From an uncultured Legionella sp. (GTDB taxonomy: Bacteria > Pseudomonadota > Gammaproteobacteria > Legionellales > Legionellaceae), in contig CAZTYT010000001.1 in assembly GCA_964618245.1 (NCBI GenBank), positions 1 to 43,046 on the forward strand: 43,046 bases of DNA, written 5' to 3'. The notes below the pieces were generated by a model that was not told the DNA's origin, did not search any database, and saw only the letters and a list, made by a program, of their open reading frames with translations. The translations under genes and the position numbers were made by a program. Below are positions 1 to 11,034 of the stretch, piece by piece (position 1 is the first letter of the stretch; each line of letters starts with the position of its first letter).

Positions 1-875
1 CTATTCGTAATGGCGATATGCACTTGGCGCTTGCAGGCGGAGTTGAAAGCATGTCTATGGTGCCTTTAGGGGGTAATAAATATACTGCTAATCCTTCCAT
101 ATTTAGTAATGAGCATGTAGCTATTGCTTACGGTATGGGGATTACCGCAGAAAATGTAGCCAAGCAGTGGGAAATTAGCCGTGAGCAACAAGATGAATTT
201 GCCACAGAAAGTCATAAAAAGGCGGTTGCAGCTCAAGCTCGTGGCGATTTTAAGGATGAAATTGTACCCATTGAGATTACTATAAGACAGCCTGATTTGA
301 GTACGTATACCACCATCATTAAGAAAAAAATGATTAGCGATGATGAAGGCCCAAGAGCGGATACTTCCTATGATGTTATTTCCAAATTAAAGCCTGTTTT
401 TGCTGTTCGTGGCACAGTGACTGCTGGTAATAGCTCACAAACAAGCGATGGTGCTGGTATTGCTTTATTAGCAAGTGAAGAAGCAGTAAAGAAATATAAT
501 TTGAAACCAATGGGAAGATTATTAAGTTACGCAGTAGAGGGCGTACCACCAGCGATTATGGGAATCGGTCCGATTAAAGCAATTCCTGTCGCCTTGAAAC
601 GCGCTGGTCTTACTTTGGATCAAATAGATTGGATTGAGTTAAATGAAGCTTTTGCTGCTCAAGCCTTGGCAGTAATTAAAGATCTGGGATTACCCCGTGA
701 AAAGGTCAATCCATTAGGCGGAGCGATTGCTTTGGGGCATCCTTTAGGAGCAACCGGAGCAATTCGTACGGCTACATTATTGCATGGCTTGCAAAGAACC
801 AAAGGTAGATATGGTATGGTAACTATGTGTATTGGTACAGGTATGGGCGCAGCTGCCATATTTGAAGCATTATAA
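1..875 (+). CDS. Acetyl-CoA C-acyltransferase (thiolase), 5'-truncated by the window edge
   Basis: Thiolase motifs GGVESMS, TAGNSSQTSDGA, ELNEAFA, GGAIALGHPLGATG and MCIGTGMG. The frame is open back to the window start, so the true start lies upstream. Confidence 0.95.
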   Translation, partial: IRNGDMHLALAGGVESMSMVPLGGNKYTANPSIFSNEHVAIAYGMGITAENVAKQWEISREQQDEFATESHKKAVAAQARGDFKDEIVPIEITIRQPDLSTYTTIIKKKMISDDEGPRADTSYDVISKLKPVFAVRGTVTAGNSSQTSDGAGIALLASEEAVKKYNLKPMGRLLSYAVEGVPPAIMGIGPIKAIPVALKRAGLTLDQIDWIELNEAFAAQALAVIKDLGLPREKVNPLGGAIALGHPLGATGAIRTATLLHGLQRTKGRYGMVTMCIGTGMGAAAIFEAL

Positions 876-965
876 GTTCAACAATGATTCATGAAGCAAA
901 TAAAACAACCATTTTAAGAATGGTTGTTTTATTTAACATTCATAGTATTTAAATTTCAGGTTTGT

Positions 966-1649
966 ATGAAACTATATATCATTGGAAATGTTGCGCCTGT
1001 ATCGAATATAGTGGAAATTAAGCTTCCTTTAGGTAAAAAGCAAAAACACCAGGAATCAGAGCAAAAAATTTATTCTAATGCATTTCTTATTAACGAATTA
1101 TATCATCTCCAAAGTTCAAATATATATGTTCTAAACTCTTTAGAGGCAGCATTAGCGCTAATTGGAACATCTGCCTGTATTCTTTATGTGGTAGAATTTG
1201 AAAAAAATATAAAAGAAGACATCTTATTTAAAAATAATTTTGCTGAGTTGTTTGAGTCTAATTCATTCTTAAAAAAATATAGCAAAACCCTCCATCCAAG
1301 CACGGTGATAACTCTAGCTGAAAAAGCGACATTACTTAACGCAAGGATTGGCAATACAGTTTATAAAATGAATTTTGAGCTGGAGAAAGTCCAATTACCT
1401 GATTTAAATAGTTTTATCCAGGAATATAAAAAACAATGTGCAAGTGAATGGTGTGTCAAATTTTGGGGAAAAACTTATAAACAAATTAACTCGAATACCT
1501 TAGACAATATGAGCGATGTCTATCAACATGCATTTGCTGAACCGAATAGCAGAACAGCCACAGTCCTTGCAAAAATGATAATCGATAGGAGATTGCTTTC
1601 AAGTGACGTGGTAAATCTGGATGAAGGAAAGAGTTTGATGCTTATTTGA
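966..1649 (+). CDS. Hypothetical protein, possible Dot/Icm effector
   Basis: Long ORF with no clear housekeeping family. ATG at 966 (MKLYIIGN, preceded by CAGG) is preferred over TTG at 924. C-terminal HAFAEPNSRTATVL resembles helical modules I associate with Legionella proteins. Confidence 0.7.
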   Translation: MKLYIIGNVAPVSNIVEIKLPLGKKQKHQESEQKIYSNAFLINELYHLQSSNIYVLNSLEAALALIGTSACILYVVEFEKNIKEDILFKNNFAELFESNSFLKKYSKTLHPSTVITLAEKATLLNARIGNTVYKMNFELEKVQLPDLNSFIQEYKKQCASEWCVKFWGKTYKQINSNTLDNMSDVYQHAFAEPNSRTATVLAKMIIDRRLLSSDVVNLDEGKSLMLI

Positions 1650-1674
1650 CATATACCTAAACAATATGCAAAAT
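1646..1674 (+). promoter_or_regulatory. Putative sigma70 promoter of the 308-aa repeat gene
   Basis: TTGACA (1646-1651), 17-nt spacer, CAAAAT (1669-1674), about 30 nt upstream of ATG 1706. Confidence 0.45.
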
Positions 1675-1705
1675 TATCTCATTTTTTATTCAGGTTGTAT
1701 TAATT

Positions 1706-2632
1706 ATGAAAATTCCCTTAAAAGAAATGAAGAGTATTTTTGGGTTAATTACAAAAGTAAAGGAAAATCAGGAGTCTGCTGATCAACTTATTGAAGCTTT
1801 GTTATCAACTCCAAGTGAGTTTGAACGTTTGATAGTAAGTATTTATGACTTTAGTGAAATTGCACAAGAGCTGCCGGATTATACTGATCGGTTTATCAAT
1901 CATATTTTTGTAACTTCTGGATTATTCCAACGTACGATTCAGGATAGAACTTCTTTATGTTTTTGTGGACAAAAGTTTCCTGGACACGCTAGCCACTTCA
2001 TTGAATATATATTAGCCAGGCCTGAAGAATTTCAGCGTCTTATTTTATCGCGGTTTGATCTATTTGCGGTTATTGAGAGATTTCCAACGCATGCCCATCA
2101 AATTATAAAGTGCATGTTGACATGCTCTGGATGGTTTCAACGCAACATTACTGATACTAACCAATTCTTATTTCTTATTTCGAAAGTACCCGCATGCAGT
2201 AAAGAGCTTATTGATTACCTCCTAGCTAATTCAGAAGCATTTCAATGTATTATTCCTGATAGCATTCAACTATGTTTGGTATTAGATGATTTACCAGATT
2301 ATGTTAATCAGATAGCAGAGCATTTAATAGACATGCCTAGTGAATTTAACCGATTTTTTGTAAATGATGATGATTTAATGGTTATACATGGTTTTTTTAA
2401 AGGATATGAACATATTTTTGATAAACCTACCATAGCAGAAGCAATAGCTGCCATTGAGCAACATAAAAATTCAAAAGTTTCAAAGCAAGAATTATTAACC
2501 TATGAAGGTCGTGTTGAACAATCTTTTTTTTCTACCTTACCTCCAGAATCACCAATAAATGTTTTTTCCATTAACCAAGAGAAAGTTTGCCCGATAGTAT
2601 CAATAACGGAGGGCAACTCACCACCAGTTTAG
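1706..2632 (+). CDS. Hypothetical protein with six ~35-aa tandem helical repeats, possible effector
   Basis: Repeat consensus roughly xxxIxxxLxxPxxFxRxIxxxxxLxxxxxxFPxx, visible six times. Ser/Pro-rich tail containing QSFFS. Confidence 0.8.
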   Translation: MKIPLKEMKSIFGLITKVKENQESADQLIEALLSTPSEFERLIVSIYDFSEIAQELPDYTDRFINHIFVTSGLFQRTIQDRTSLCFCGQKFPGHASHFIEYILARPEEFQRLILSRFDLFAVIERFPTHAHQIIKCMLTCSGWFQRNITDTNQFLFLISKVPACSKELIDYLLANSEAFQCIIPDSIQLCLVLDDLPDYVNQIAEHLIDMPSEFNRFFVNDDDLMVIHGFFKGYEHIFDKPTIAEAIAAIEQHKNSKVSKQELLTYEGRVEQSFFSTLPPESPINVFSINQEKVCPIVSITEGNSPPV

Positions 2633-2664
2633 AGCATAGATTAAGTTTTTTTGCTTACAGATAG

Positions 2665-2690
2665 AGTCCTGATTGTTTGCAACCAGGACT
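2665..2690. terminator. Hairpin between the convergent repeat gene and infA
   Basis: AGTCCTGATTG-tttg-CAACCAGGACT inverted repeat with one mismatch. Confidence 0.5.
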
Positions 2691-2700
2691 TCATATTAGG

Positions 2701-2922
2701 TTAATTCTTATCACGAAATATAATGCGGCCTTTAGACAAGTCATAAGGGGTTAACTCCACTTTGACCTTATCGCCAGTTAAAATTCGAATGTAGTTTTTA
2801 CGCATACGACCAGAAATGTGGGCAGTGACTACGTGTCCATTTTCTAATTCAACACGAAACATAGTGTTGGGCAATGTGTCAATAACAGTGCCAGCCATTT
2901 CTATATGATCTTCTTTTGCCAT
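2701..2922 (-). CDS. infA: Translation initiation factor IF-1
   Basis: MAKEDHIEM...[51 protein letters not shown] is canonical IF-1. Confidence 0.99.
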   Translation of the reverse strand: MAKEDHIEMAGTVIDTLPNTMFRVELENGHVVTAHISGRMRKNYIRILTGDKVKVELTPYDLSKGRIIFRDKN

Positions 2923-2987
2923 AGGTCTCTCAGTGATGTACCAGGTTGATTAATAAAATTTTCAAAATGAAAACAAAGTTAACGGCA

Positions 2988-3017
2988 AGTATACTGCTAA
3001 AATGAAGAAAATGGCAA
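2988..3017 (-). promoter_or_regulatory. Putative sigma70 promoter of infA
   Basis: Minus strand TTGCCA-N18-TATACT upstream of infA. Confidence 0.45.
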
Positions 3018-3048
3018 TTAGACAGCGTTAAAATTTATATAGTTGTTG

Positions 3049-3726
3049 TTAATTATTGCAAACATTCCAAATTCCGCGTTTAGTTGGATATTGCAACGAC
3101 TCATGTAATTGACGTAAAAACTCTTTGCGGCTGATAATCTTGGCTCCTAGCTGTTGCAGATGATTAGATGGTATTTGGCAATCAATAAAATCAAACCCCC
3201 AATCCTTCATGGTTTGACAAAGATAATAAAAGGCAATTTTTGAAGCATCCGTGGCTTTGTGAAACATTGATTCACCAAAAAAAGCATGGCCTAAACTTAA
3301 TCCATACAATCCACCTACTAATTCATCATTACGCCAGACTTCAAAGGAATGGGCATAACCCAGGGTATGTAGTTGAGTATAAGTTTCAATCATTTCTGAA
3401 TTAATCCAGGTATTATCGGTTCGATCAGCACAAGTGGCACAAGCCTGGATGACCTCAGTAAAAGCAGTGTCTATTGTAAACTGAAAAGGTTTTTTAAGAG
3501 ATTTTTGCAAACTACGGGTAATTTTAAATTCACTAGGCATGATAATGAGCCTGGGATTAGGCGACCACCACAAGACTGGTGAACCAGAGGAGTACCAAGG
3601 AAAAATGCCTTGGGAATAGGCCTGTAATACACGTTGTGGGGTTAATTTTCCACCAATGAGTAATAACCCTTGCTTATCGCTAGTTTCTGGATCAGGGAAT
3701 AGATCATCATCATTGATAGCTAGCAT
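3049..3726 (-). CDS. aat: Leucyl/phenylalanyl-tRNA--protein transferase
   Basis: FPDP, AYSQGIFPW, LWWSPNPR, AHSFEVW, LVGGLYG, FFGESMF, ASKIAF and IDCQ motifs; adjacent to infA. Confidence 0.97.
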   Translation of the reverse strand: MLAINDDDLFPDPETSDKQGLLLIGGKLTPQRVLQAYSQGIFPWYSSGSPVLWWSPNPRLIIMPSEFKITRSLQKSLKKPFQFTIDTAFTEVIQACATCADRTDNTWINSEMIETYTQLHTLGYAHSFEVWRNDELVGGLYGLSLGHAFFGESMFHKATDASKIAFYYLCQTMKDWGFDFIDCQIPSNHLQQLGAKIISRKEFLRQLHESLQYPTKRGIWNVCNN

Positions 3727-3805
3727 TTTTTGTTAAATCTCCATGGGTTTAAAATAATGTGCTTTAATAAAATATATTATTATAAATTAGTCTTGGGGAA
3801 ATCAA

Positions 3806-4471
3806 TTGGACTATCTTCACTTGGACTACCTATATAGTTTAGGCAATATTTTAATTCTTCTTAGTTTGAGTTGCAGAAGAGTTATTTTTATTCGCATTGT
3901 TTTTGCCTTATCTGATATTTCATTTTTATTATATGGAATATTTGCCCCTATAATGCCAATGGTGTATTGGGCCATTGCTTCTTTAATCATTAATTTTGTG
4001 CAAATTGCAATTTTAGTGCATGACATGCGCCCGCAAATTCTGGATGAGGAATTGCAAGAAATTAAAAATCTATTTTTTGAAAGCATGCAAACTAGCGATT
4101 TTCTGCGCCTTATTAAATTAAGTCATAAAGGAATTGCTCACGATAAATTACTTTTGGAAAAAGATAAACCGGTTAAAGCATTAATGTTGATTACCAATGG
4201 TCAGGTTTATATTGACATACATGGCTCTATCCTTAAGCTAGGACATTACCATTTTATTGGAGAGATGAGTTATTTTGGCGATGGTAATGCCAGTACTACT
4301 ATTCACGCTCGTGAGCCTGTTGAATATCTCTATTGGGACTATAATGATTTACGAAGGCTACAACATAAAAAACCACCGTTATTTATGAAAATGATAGAAG
4401 CAATGGGGAAGGATATTATGTTGAAAATGTTAAAGCAAAACAAAAAAAGTAGTCTGAGTGGAATGCCGTAG
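3806..4471 (+). CDS. Membrane protein with a C-terminal cyclic-nucleotide-binding (Popeye-like) domain
   Basis: About three N-terminal hydrophobic helices, then LMLITNGQVYI...HFIGEMSYF...STTIHA...YLYW, a cNMP beta-roll pattern. No Crp-type HTH. TTG start. Confidence 0.75.
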   Translation: MDYLHLDYLYSLGNILILLSLSCRRVIFIRIVFALSDISFLLYGIFAPIMPMVYWAIASLIINFVQIAILVHDMRPQILDEELQEIKNLFFESMQTSDFLRLIKLSHKGIAHDKLLLEKDKPVKALMLITNGQVYIDIHGSILKLGHYHFIGEMSYFGDGNASTTIHAREPVEYLYWDYNDLRRLQHKKPPLFMKMIEAMGKDIMLKMLKQNKKSSLSGMP

Positions 4472-4500
4472 GGTTAAAATTCAGGTAGCTACTTTTTTTA

Positions 4501-4527
4501 AATCCCCGTTGCCAAGCCCCGGGGATT
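4501..4527. terminator. Hairpin between convergent genes
   Basis: AATCCCCG-N11-CGGGGATT, a perfect 8-bp stem. Confidence 0.45.
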
Positions 4528-4547
4528 AGTTATAGGTGGAAAGCAAT

Positions 4548-5531
<984 letters not shown>

Positions 5532-5565
5532 TTAAGATGGCGGATATTATGACATAAACCACTAC

Positions 5566-7950
5566 ATGAAAATACCTATGGCAAAACAACAATCGGGAAG
5601 AAAGGCTGGACTCCCTAAAAAAACCATGCCGAGTTCTATTATAAAAAGAGTGAGTGAGGGCAGTTTTATTTTAACGCTGACCGGGGCACTTTTTGTTCTT
5701 TTATCACTAATGACTTATCAATTAAGTGATCCTGGCTGGTTTCATGTATCGAATTCCGGTGTCATTGCTAATTCAGGCGGGCAAGTAGGAGCTTATATTG
5801 CTGATGCACTTTATTTTGCTTTTGGTTACTTTGCTTATTTGTTACCAATCACTATTGTTTATGTTGCCTGGGCTATTTTACAAGATTTGCGCACTTTAAA
5901 GGTTTTAGATAAAAATGCACTTTTAGTGCGTAGCGGTGGCCTGATTTTAATGATTGTTGGTGGGTGCGGTTTATTAAATTTGGAAATGCAAAGTGCGTTG
6001 GATGTTATGCATGGCGCTGGAGGCTTAATTGGCCAAGTACTAAGCCAAACCTTATATCATATGCTCAATTTACATGGTGCAACACTGATTTTATTAGCAA
6101 TGTTTTTGGTAGGAACAACTTGGTTAACTGGTCTATCCTGGCTCCGTTCTTTGGAACTTATTGGATTTTATACTCTATTAGTTATCAGTAATTGTTTTAT
6201 TTTCTTGAAGAAATTAGCAAGTCTAGGAAATGGTTTAATTACGTCTTATCAATCTCATCGACAAGAAATGAAAGCACAAGTTAAACAGGAGGCGGCTACT
6301 CCTAGACTATTCAAAACTAATGCAGAAAAACCAAAAGAAAAATCAATGCCGGTGTTAATTAACAATGAACCAAAAGCAGACGTAATGAGGCCTGCCCCGG
6401 TTGTTGTTCAAGCCCCTGTGCGTGAAATGAAAGAAATTCGGGCGCCTAAATTACATAATCCAGGTACTTTACCAGATTTGGATTTATTAGATAAAGGAGA
6501 GCCAGGAAAACCAATGGGAGGATATACACATCAAGAGTTAGAAAATGTTTCGCGCGATTTAGAGCAGCATCTTTTAGATTTTGGTATTCAAGCGGATGTA
6601 GTAGCTGTGCATCCAGGCCCTGTGGTAACTCGTTTTGAATTACAGTTAGCTGCTGGTATAAAAGTGAGTAAACTCACCGCTTTGGCAAAAGATTTGGCGC
6701 GCTCCTTATCGGTTATCTCAGTTCGTGTTGTGGAGGTTATCCCAGGAAAAACAGTGGTCGGTCTGGAATTACCTAATCATTCGCGAGAAACAGTGCGTTT
6801 ATCTGATGTACTAACAGCAGATGTTTATCAACAAGCTCACTCGCCAGTTACTTTAGCATTAGGAGTGGATATTGCAGGGCATCCAGTGGTCGTTGATTTG
6901 GCCAAAATGCCTCATTTATTAGTTGCAGGAACGACCGGATCAGGTAAATCTGTTGGGATTAATGCCATGATTTTAAGTATTCTGTTCAAGGCAACCCCTG
7001 AACAAGTGCGCTTGATCATGGTTGATCCCAAAATGTTAGAGCTCTCGGTGTATGATGGTATTCCTCATTTACTGACTCCTGTAGTTACTGATATGAAAGA
7101 GGCTTCCAGTGCTTTACGATGGTGCGTGGAGGAGATGGAACGACGCTATAAATTGATGGCTTCTTTAGGGGTGAGAAATTTAGCTGGTTTCAATGCGAAA
7201 GTGACAGAAGCTATTGCTGACGGACAACCTTTAACTAATCCTTTATGGAAACCAGTCGATTCAATGGATGAAACAGCTCCTGAATTAGAGGCTTTACCTT
7301 ATATTGTAGTGGTTATTGATGAGCTGGCAGATATGATGATGGTGGTAGGCAAAAAGGTTGAACAACTTATTGCCCGCATTGCCCAGAAAGCTCGTGCAGC
7401 TGGTATCCATATGATTTTGGCAACCCAACGGCCCTCGGTAGATGTACTCACTGGACTAATTAAATCAAATATTCCTACAAGGATGTCCTTCCAGGTTTCA
7501 TCAAAGATTGATTCTCGTACTATACTGGATCAACAAGGTGCTGAACAATTATTAGGTCACGGGGATATGTTGTATTTAGCTCCAGGAAGCGGAGCACCTT
7601 TGCGGGTACATGGTGCTTTTGTTGATGATCAAGAAGTGCATCGTGTGGCTGATGATTGGCGTGCCCGTGGTGAACCAGAATACATTGAAGATATCTTAAA
7701 AATGCCAGGCGAGGGTGAAGGGGGTGGTGACCCTGATGGACAGGCAGAAGATGATGACCCTCTTTATGACCAAGCGGTAGAGTTTGTAATTCAAACGCGG
7801 AAGGCAAGTATTTCTGCGGTGCAAAGACGACTAAAAATTGGTTATAACCGTGCAGCCAGAATGATTGAGGAGATGGAACGTACTGGGATAGTCGGTCCAT
7901 TAGATGGCGGTTATAGGGATGTACTTGTGAACTCAGTAACTGAGGATTAA
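5566..7950 (+). CDS. ftsK: DNA translocase FtsK
   Basis: N-terminal transmembrane domain, Walker [26 protein letters not shown] and gamma domain ([19 protein letters not shown]). The start may be ATG 5578. Confidence 0.98.
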   Translation: MKIPMAKQQSGRKAGLPKKTMPSSIIKRVSEGSFILTLTGALFVLLSLMTYQLSDPGWFHVSNSGVIANSGGQVGAYIADALYFAFGYFAYLLPITIVYVAWAILQDLRTLKVLDKNALLVRSGGLILMIVGGCGLLNLEMQSALDVMHGAGGLIGQVLSQTLYHMLNLHGATLILLAMFLVGTTWLTGLSWLRSLELIGFYTLLVISNCFIFLKKLASLGNGLITSYQSHRQEMKAQVKQEAATPRLFKTNAEKPKEKSMPVLINNEPKADVMRPAPVVVQAPVREMKEIRAPKLHNPGTLPDLDLLDKGEPGKPMGGYTHQELENVSRDLEQHLLDFGIQADVVAVHPGPVVTRFELQLAAGIKVSKLTALAKDLARSLSVISVRVVEVIPGKTVVGLELPNHSRETVRLSDVLTADVYQQAHSPVTLALGVDIAGHPVVVDLAKMPHLLVAGTTGSGKSVGINAMILSILFKATPEQVRLIMVDPKMLELSVYDGIPHLLTPVVTDMKEASSALRWCVEEMERRYKLMASLGVRNLAGFNAKVTEAIADGQPLTNPLWKPVDSMDETAPELEALPYIVVVIDELADMMMVVGKKVEQLIARIAQKARAAGIHMILATQRPSVDVLTGLIKSNIPTRMSFQVSSKIDSRTILDQQGAEQLLGHGDMLYLAPGSGAPLRVHGAFVDDQEVHRVADDWRARGEPEYIEDILKMPGEGEGGGDPDGQAEDDDPLYDQAVEFVIQTRKASISAVQRRLKIGYNRAARMIEEMERTGIVGPLDGGYRDVLVNSVTED

Positions 7951-7952
7951 AT

Positions 7953-8561
7953 ATGAAAAAAATACTATTGGCTATTTTTGTTAGTTTTTCTACTTTGGCA
8001 TGGAGCCAAACACCTGAGGAAACGTTACAAACCAAACTGAATTCTATTCGTTCAATGACAGCTAGTTTCAAACAAGTTGTGAAAGCAAAAGAACGTGTGG
8101 TTTCTCGCTCTTCTGGGACGATGGCTTTAGAGCGACCAGGCCGTTTTCGTTGGCAAACACAAGAACCAATGAAGCAATTAATGATCGCAGATGGTCAACG
8201 GATTTGGGTTTATGATACTGATCTGGAACAGGTCTCCGTTAAAAAGCAACAAAAAGGTCTCGGCGGAACAGCTGCTTTATTTTTGAGTGGTTATGATGAT
8301 ACGGTAACCCGGGATTTTTTGGTGAGCCAAAGCGGTTCAGGGGAAAATACAGTCTTTGACTTGAAATCAAAATCAGCTAAGGCAAATTTCCAACGTATAA
8401 AATTAATATTTCATCAAAATGCTTTGACAGGTTTAGTCTTATATGATCAATTAGGGCAGGTAACGACAGTCCAGCTATCTCAAACCAAACTAAATCCACG
8501 ATTGGCAACTAATTTATTTAAATTTAAACCACCAAAAGGGGTGGATGTGGTTCAACAATGA
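7953..8561 (+). CDS. lolA: Outer membrane lipoprotein chaperone LolA
   Basis: Signal peptide, ASFKQ, RPGRFRW, ADGQRIWVYDTDLEQV, FKFKPPKGVDV; ftsK-lolA-rarA synteny. Confidence 0.96.
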   Translation: MKKILLAIFVSFSTLAWSQTPEETLQTKLNSIRSMTASFKQVVKAKERVVSRSSGTMALERPGRFRWQTQEPMKQLMIADGQRIWVYDTDLEQVSVKKQQKGLGGTAALFLSGYDDTVTRDFLVSQSGSGENTVFDLKSKSAKANFQRIKLIFHQNALTGLVLYDQLGQVTTVQLSQTKLNPRLATNLFKFKPPKGVDVVQQ

Positions 8562-9847
8562 GTAAAAAAACTTTTCCTCCTTTAGCTGAGCTGTTAAGAC
8601 CTGACAACATTGATGAAGTAATTGGCCAAAGCCATTTATTGGGGGAAGGTAAACCTTTACGCCTCAGTTTTCTGGGGCATAAACTCCATTCAATGATTCT
8701 TTGGGGGCCTCCAGGAGTTGGTAAAACAACGATTGCCCGCATTGCTGCAAAAGCATTCGAGTGTGAGTGGATAGCGCTTTCAGCCGTGTTTTCTGGTGTT
8801 AAAGATATTCGTGCAGCGATAGAACAAGCACAAGAGAATTTGGCACATGGTAAACATACAATATTGTTTATTGACGAGATTCATCGTTTTAATAAATCGC
8901 AACAAGATGCCTTATTACCTTATACCGAATCAGGGTTAATTACTTTTATTGGCGCTACAACGGAAAACCCTTCTTTTGAAGTTAATTCGGCTTTGCTTTC
9001 TCGTGCACAGGTTTATGTATTGAAACCGTTGTCGAATAAAGAACTAAAAAAGCTCTTTTTAAAAGCACAGCAAACTGCTTTAAATGAGATTACTTTTGAC
9101 GAAACAGCGGTAACAATCATTATTGATTTTGCAGATGGCGATGCGAGAAGACTGTTAAATTGCATGGAGCAACTACAAACAGCCTGTCGAGCAATGAATG
9201 TCAAAGAAGTAGATAAAGAATTTGTGATTAATTCATTAGCTGAAAATGTAAGACGCTTTGATAAGGGCGGAGAGAATTTTTATGATCAAATCTCTGCGTT
9301 ACATAAATCAGTCCGTGGTTCTCATCCTGATGCGGCACTTTACTGGTTATGTCGTATGCTCGATGGCGGTGTTGATCCTCTTTATTTAGTGCGTCGCATT
9401 ATTCGTATGGCTTGGGAAGACATCGGTCTGGCTGATCCACGTGCGATTCAAATTGCTAATGATGCAGCCTCCACTTATGAGCGCTTAGGTTCTCCTGAAG
9501 GCGAATTGGCCCTAGGTCAAGCCATTATTTATTTAGCTATTGCTGCTAAAAGTAATGCAGGCTATGTTGCCTTTAATCAGGCGATGGATTTTGTAAAACA
9601 GGATAAATCTCGAGAAGTTCCCGTTCATTTACGAAATGCCCCCACACGTCTTATGAAACAACTTGGATATGGACATAAATATCGTTATGCCCATGATGAG
9701 CCTCATGCTTATGCAGCAGGAGAACATTATTTTCCTGAGGGCATAGAAGAGCCTAATTGGTACCAACCTGCCTCAAGAGGCATGGAGATAAAGATTGCGG
9801 AAAAGCTCGCTTTTTTACGGCAGTTGGATGAGGATGCTAAAGATTAA
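8558..9847 (+). CDS. rarA: Replication-associated recombination protein A (RarA/MgsA, AAA+ ATPase)
   Basis: PLAELLRP, WGPPGVGKTT, FIDEIHRFNKSQQD, ATTENPSF, SALHKSVRGS, EDIGLADP. Confidence 0.97.
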   Translation: MSKKTFPPLAELLRPDNIDEVIGQSHLLGEGKPLRLSFLGHKLHSMILWGPPGVGKTTIARIAAKAFECEWIALSAVFSGVKDIRAAIEQAQENLAHGKHTILFIDEIHRFNKSQQDALLPYTESGLITFIGATTENPSFEVNSALLSRAQVYVLKPLSNKELKKLFLKAQQTALNEITFDETAVTIIIDFADGDARRLLNCMEQLQTACRAMNVKEVDKEFVINSLAENVRRFDKGGENFYDQISALHKSVRGSHPDAALYWLCRMLDGGVDPLYLVRRIIRMAWEDIGLADPRAIQIANDAASTYERLGSPEGELALGQAIIYLAIAAKSNAGYVAFNQAMDFVKQDKSREVPVHLRNAPTRLMKQLGYGHKYRYAHDEPHAYAAGEHYFPEGIEEPNWYQPASRGMEIKIAEKLAFLRQLDEDAKD

Positions 9848-9954
9848 AAGTAATTCCGGTCATGCCTACTTTTATCGCAAGTAGACAGGGAAATCATATT
9901 GTTATTTGCTAGATTTTGCCGCGAACATAATTAAATAATATAAAAGGAGTTTTT

Positions 9955-10788
9955 ATGATTGGGTTTTCTTCTTCATTGGAGGAATTTATCGCGACGAATC
10001 TTTCTCAAAATTGTATTAATATGGTTGGTCATATCCAAAAAAATCAACTTCTTCCAGTGATTTCCCGTTATATAGCAACGCAAGATATCCATTCCCCAGA
10101 AGCCTTACTCACATTGAGAGTAAAGTTATTTGATTATTACAGTTGTATGCGAAATTTCGATGTTTGTAATTTGATTTGGGCTGAAATCCATTGTCAATTA
10201 AAATCTACTGATTTCCAAAATGATAAAGTGAAAGCTCAATATCTCATTACTTTAGCTTATCAATACAGGAATTATAAACCTACTGAAGACTTTGATCTAA
10301 GCGAAGAAAAATTTCTTGCTAGTGAAGCACTGACACTAAGTTTAATAAATAAAACTAATACACCAGAAATAGAAAGACAAGAATGTACTAATTTGCTTTT
10401 CAATGCAAAATTGAGTCGATTTTGGTTGTACGCAAACTATTCTAAAAACATTGAGAAAGCAAACAGGACGCTAGCAGAACTCCAAGACATATTGAGTCAA
10501 ACTAATGTGCCAGCCTATCGTTTGGCATATGGTTTTTTTGTTGGCTCTTATTATTTAAGAAATAAAAACTATAAAACTGCAATTGATACTTTAAAAAGAG
10601 CAGAGGAAGAAGAGCCCAGCGACGAAACACAATGGTTTTTTGACAGGTTGAGCCCGTTGATAAAAGAAAAAATTGTAGAAGCTGAAAAAGCACATTCTGA
10701 GAGTATAAATGATCAGAGATTTTTTTCCTTATCAAATGAAGTCATTTCTGGCCGTGTACCCTCATCAACGCTTGGACACAGTGGGTAA
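9955..10788 (+). CDS. Hypothetical helical (TPR-like) protein, possible effector
   Basis: Strong RBS AAGGAG. TPR-like segment YGFFVGSYYLRNKNYKTAIDTLKRAEEEEP. Acidic tail with QRFFS. Confidence 0.7.
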   Translation: MIGFSSSLEEFIATNLSQNCINMVGHIQKNQLLPVISRYIATQDIHSPEALLTLRVKLFDYYSCMRNFDVCNLIWAEIHCQLKSTDFQNDKVKAQYLITLAYQYRNYKPTEDFDLSEEKFLASEALTLSLINKTNTPEIERQECTNLLFNAKLSRFWLYANYSKNIEKANRTLAELQDILSQTNVPAYRLAYGFFVGSYYLRNKNYKTAIDTLKRAEEEEPSDETQWFFDRLSPLIKEKIVEAEKAHSESINDQRFFSLSNEVISGRVPSSTLGHSG

Positions 10789-10874
10789 GATTTGCAACGA
10801 AAATTTATAGTCTAGTGACGTAGACGAAATGAATAGTATGGTAACAGATTTTCTGTAAGGCACTAGAAAAAAGC

Positions 10875-10961
10875 TTGTCATTGCGAGCTTAGCGAAGCAA
10901 TCTAGTGCAATGCGTTATTCGAAGTTCGACCTGAATTGCTTCGCTACGCTCGCAGCGACAA
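10875..10961. repeat. Palindromic REP/RPE-like element
   Basis: 27-nt arms TTGTCATTGCGAGCTTAGCGAAGCAAT and ATTGCTTCGCTACGCTCGCAGCGACAA (24/27 complementary) around a 33-nt loop. Confidence 0.8.
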
Positions 10962-11034
10962 TGACGCGAGTGATTTTTTTCATAATACACATCAAATGAG
11001 ATGAAAAATACTTAACCTGACAGCTATGGTCTTT

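Noticed and set aside
7520-8071. 183-aa minus-strand ORF across ftsK/lolA
   Set aside because: Fully overlaps two conserved genes and has no recognisable motif.
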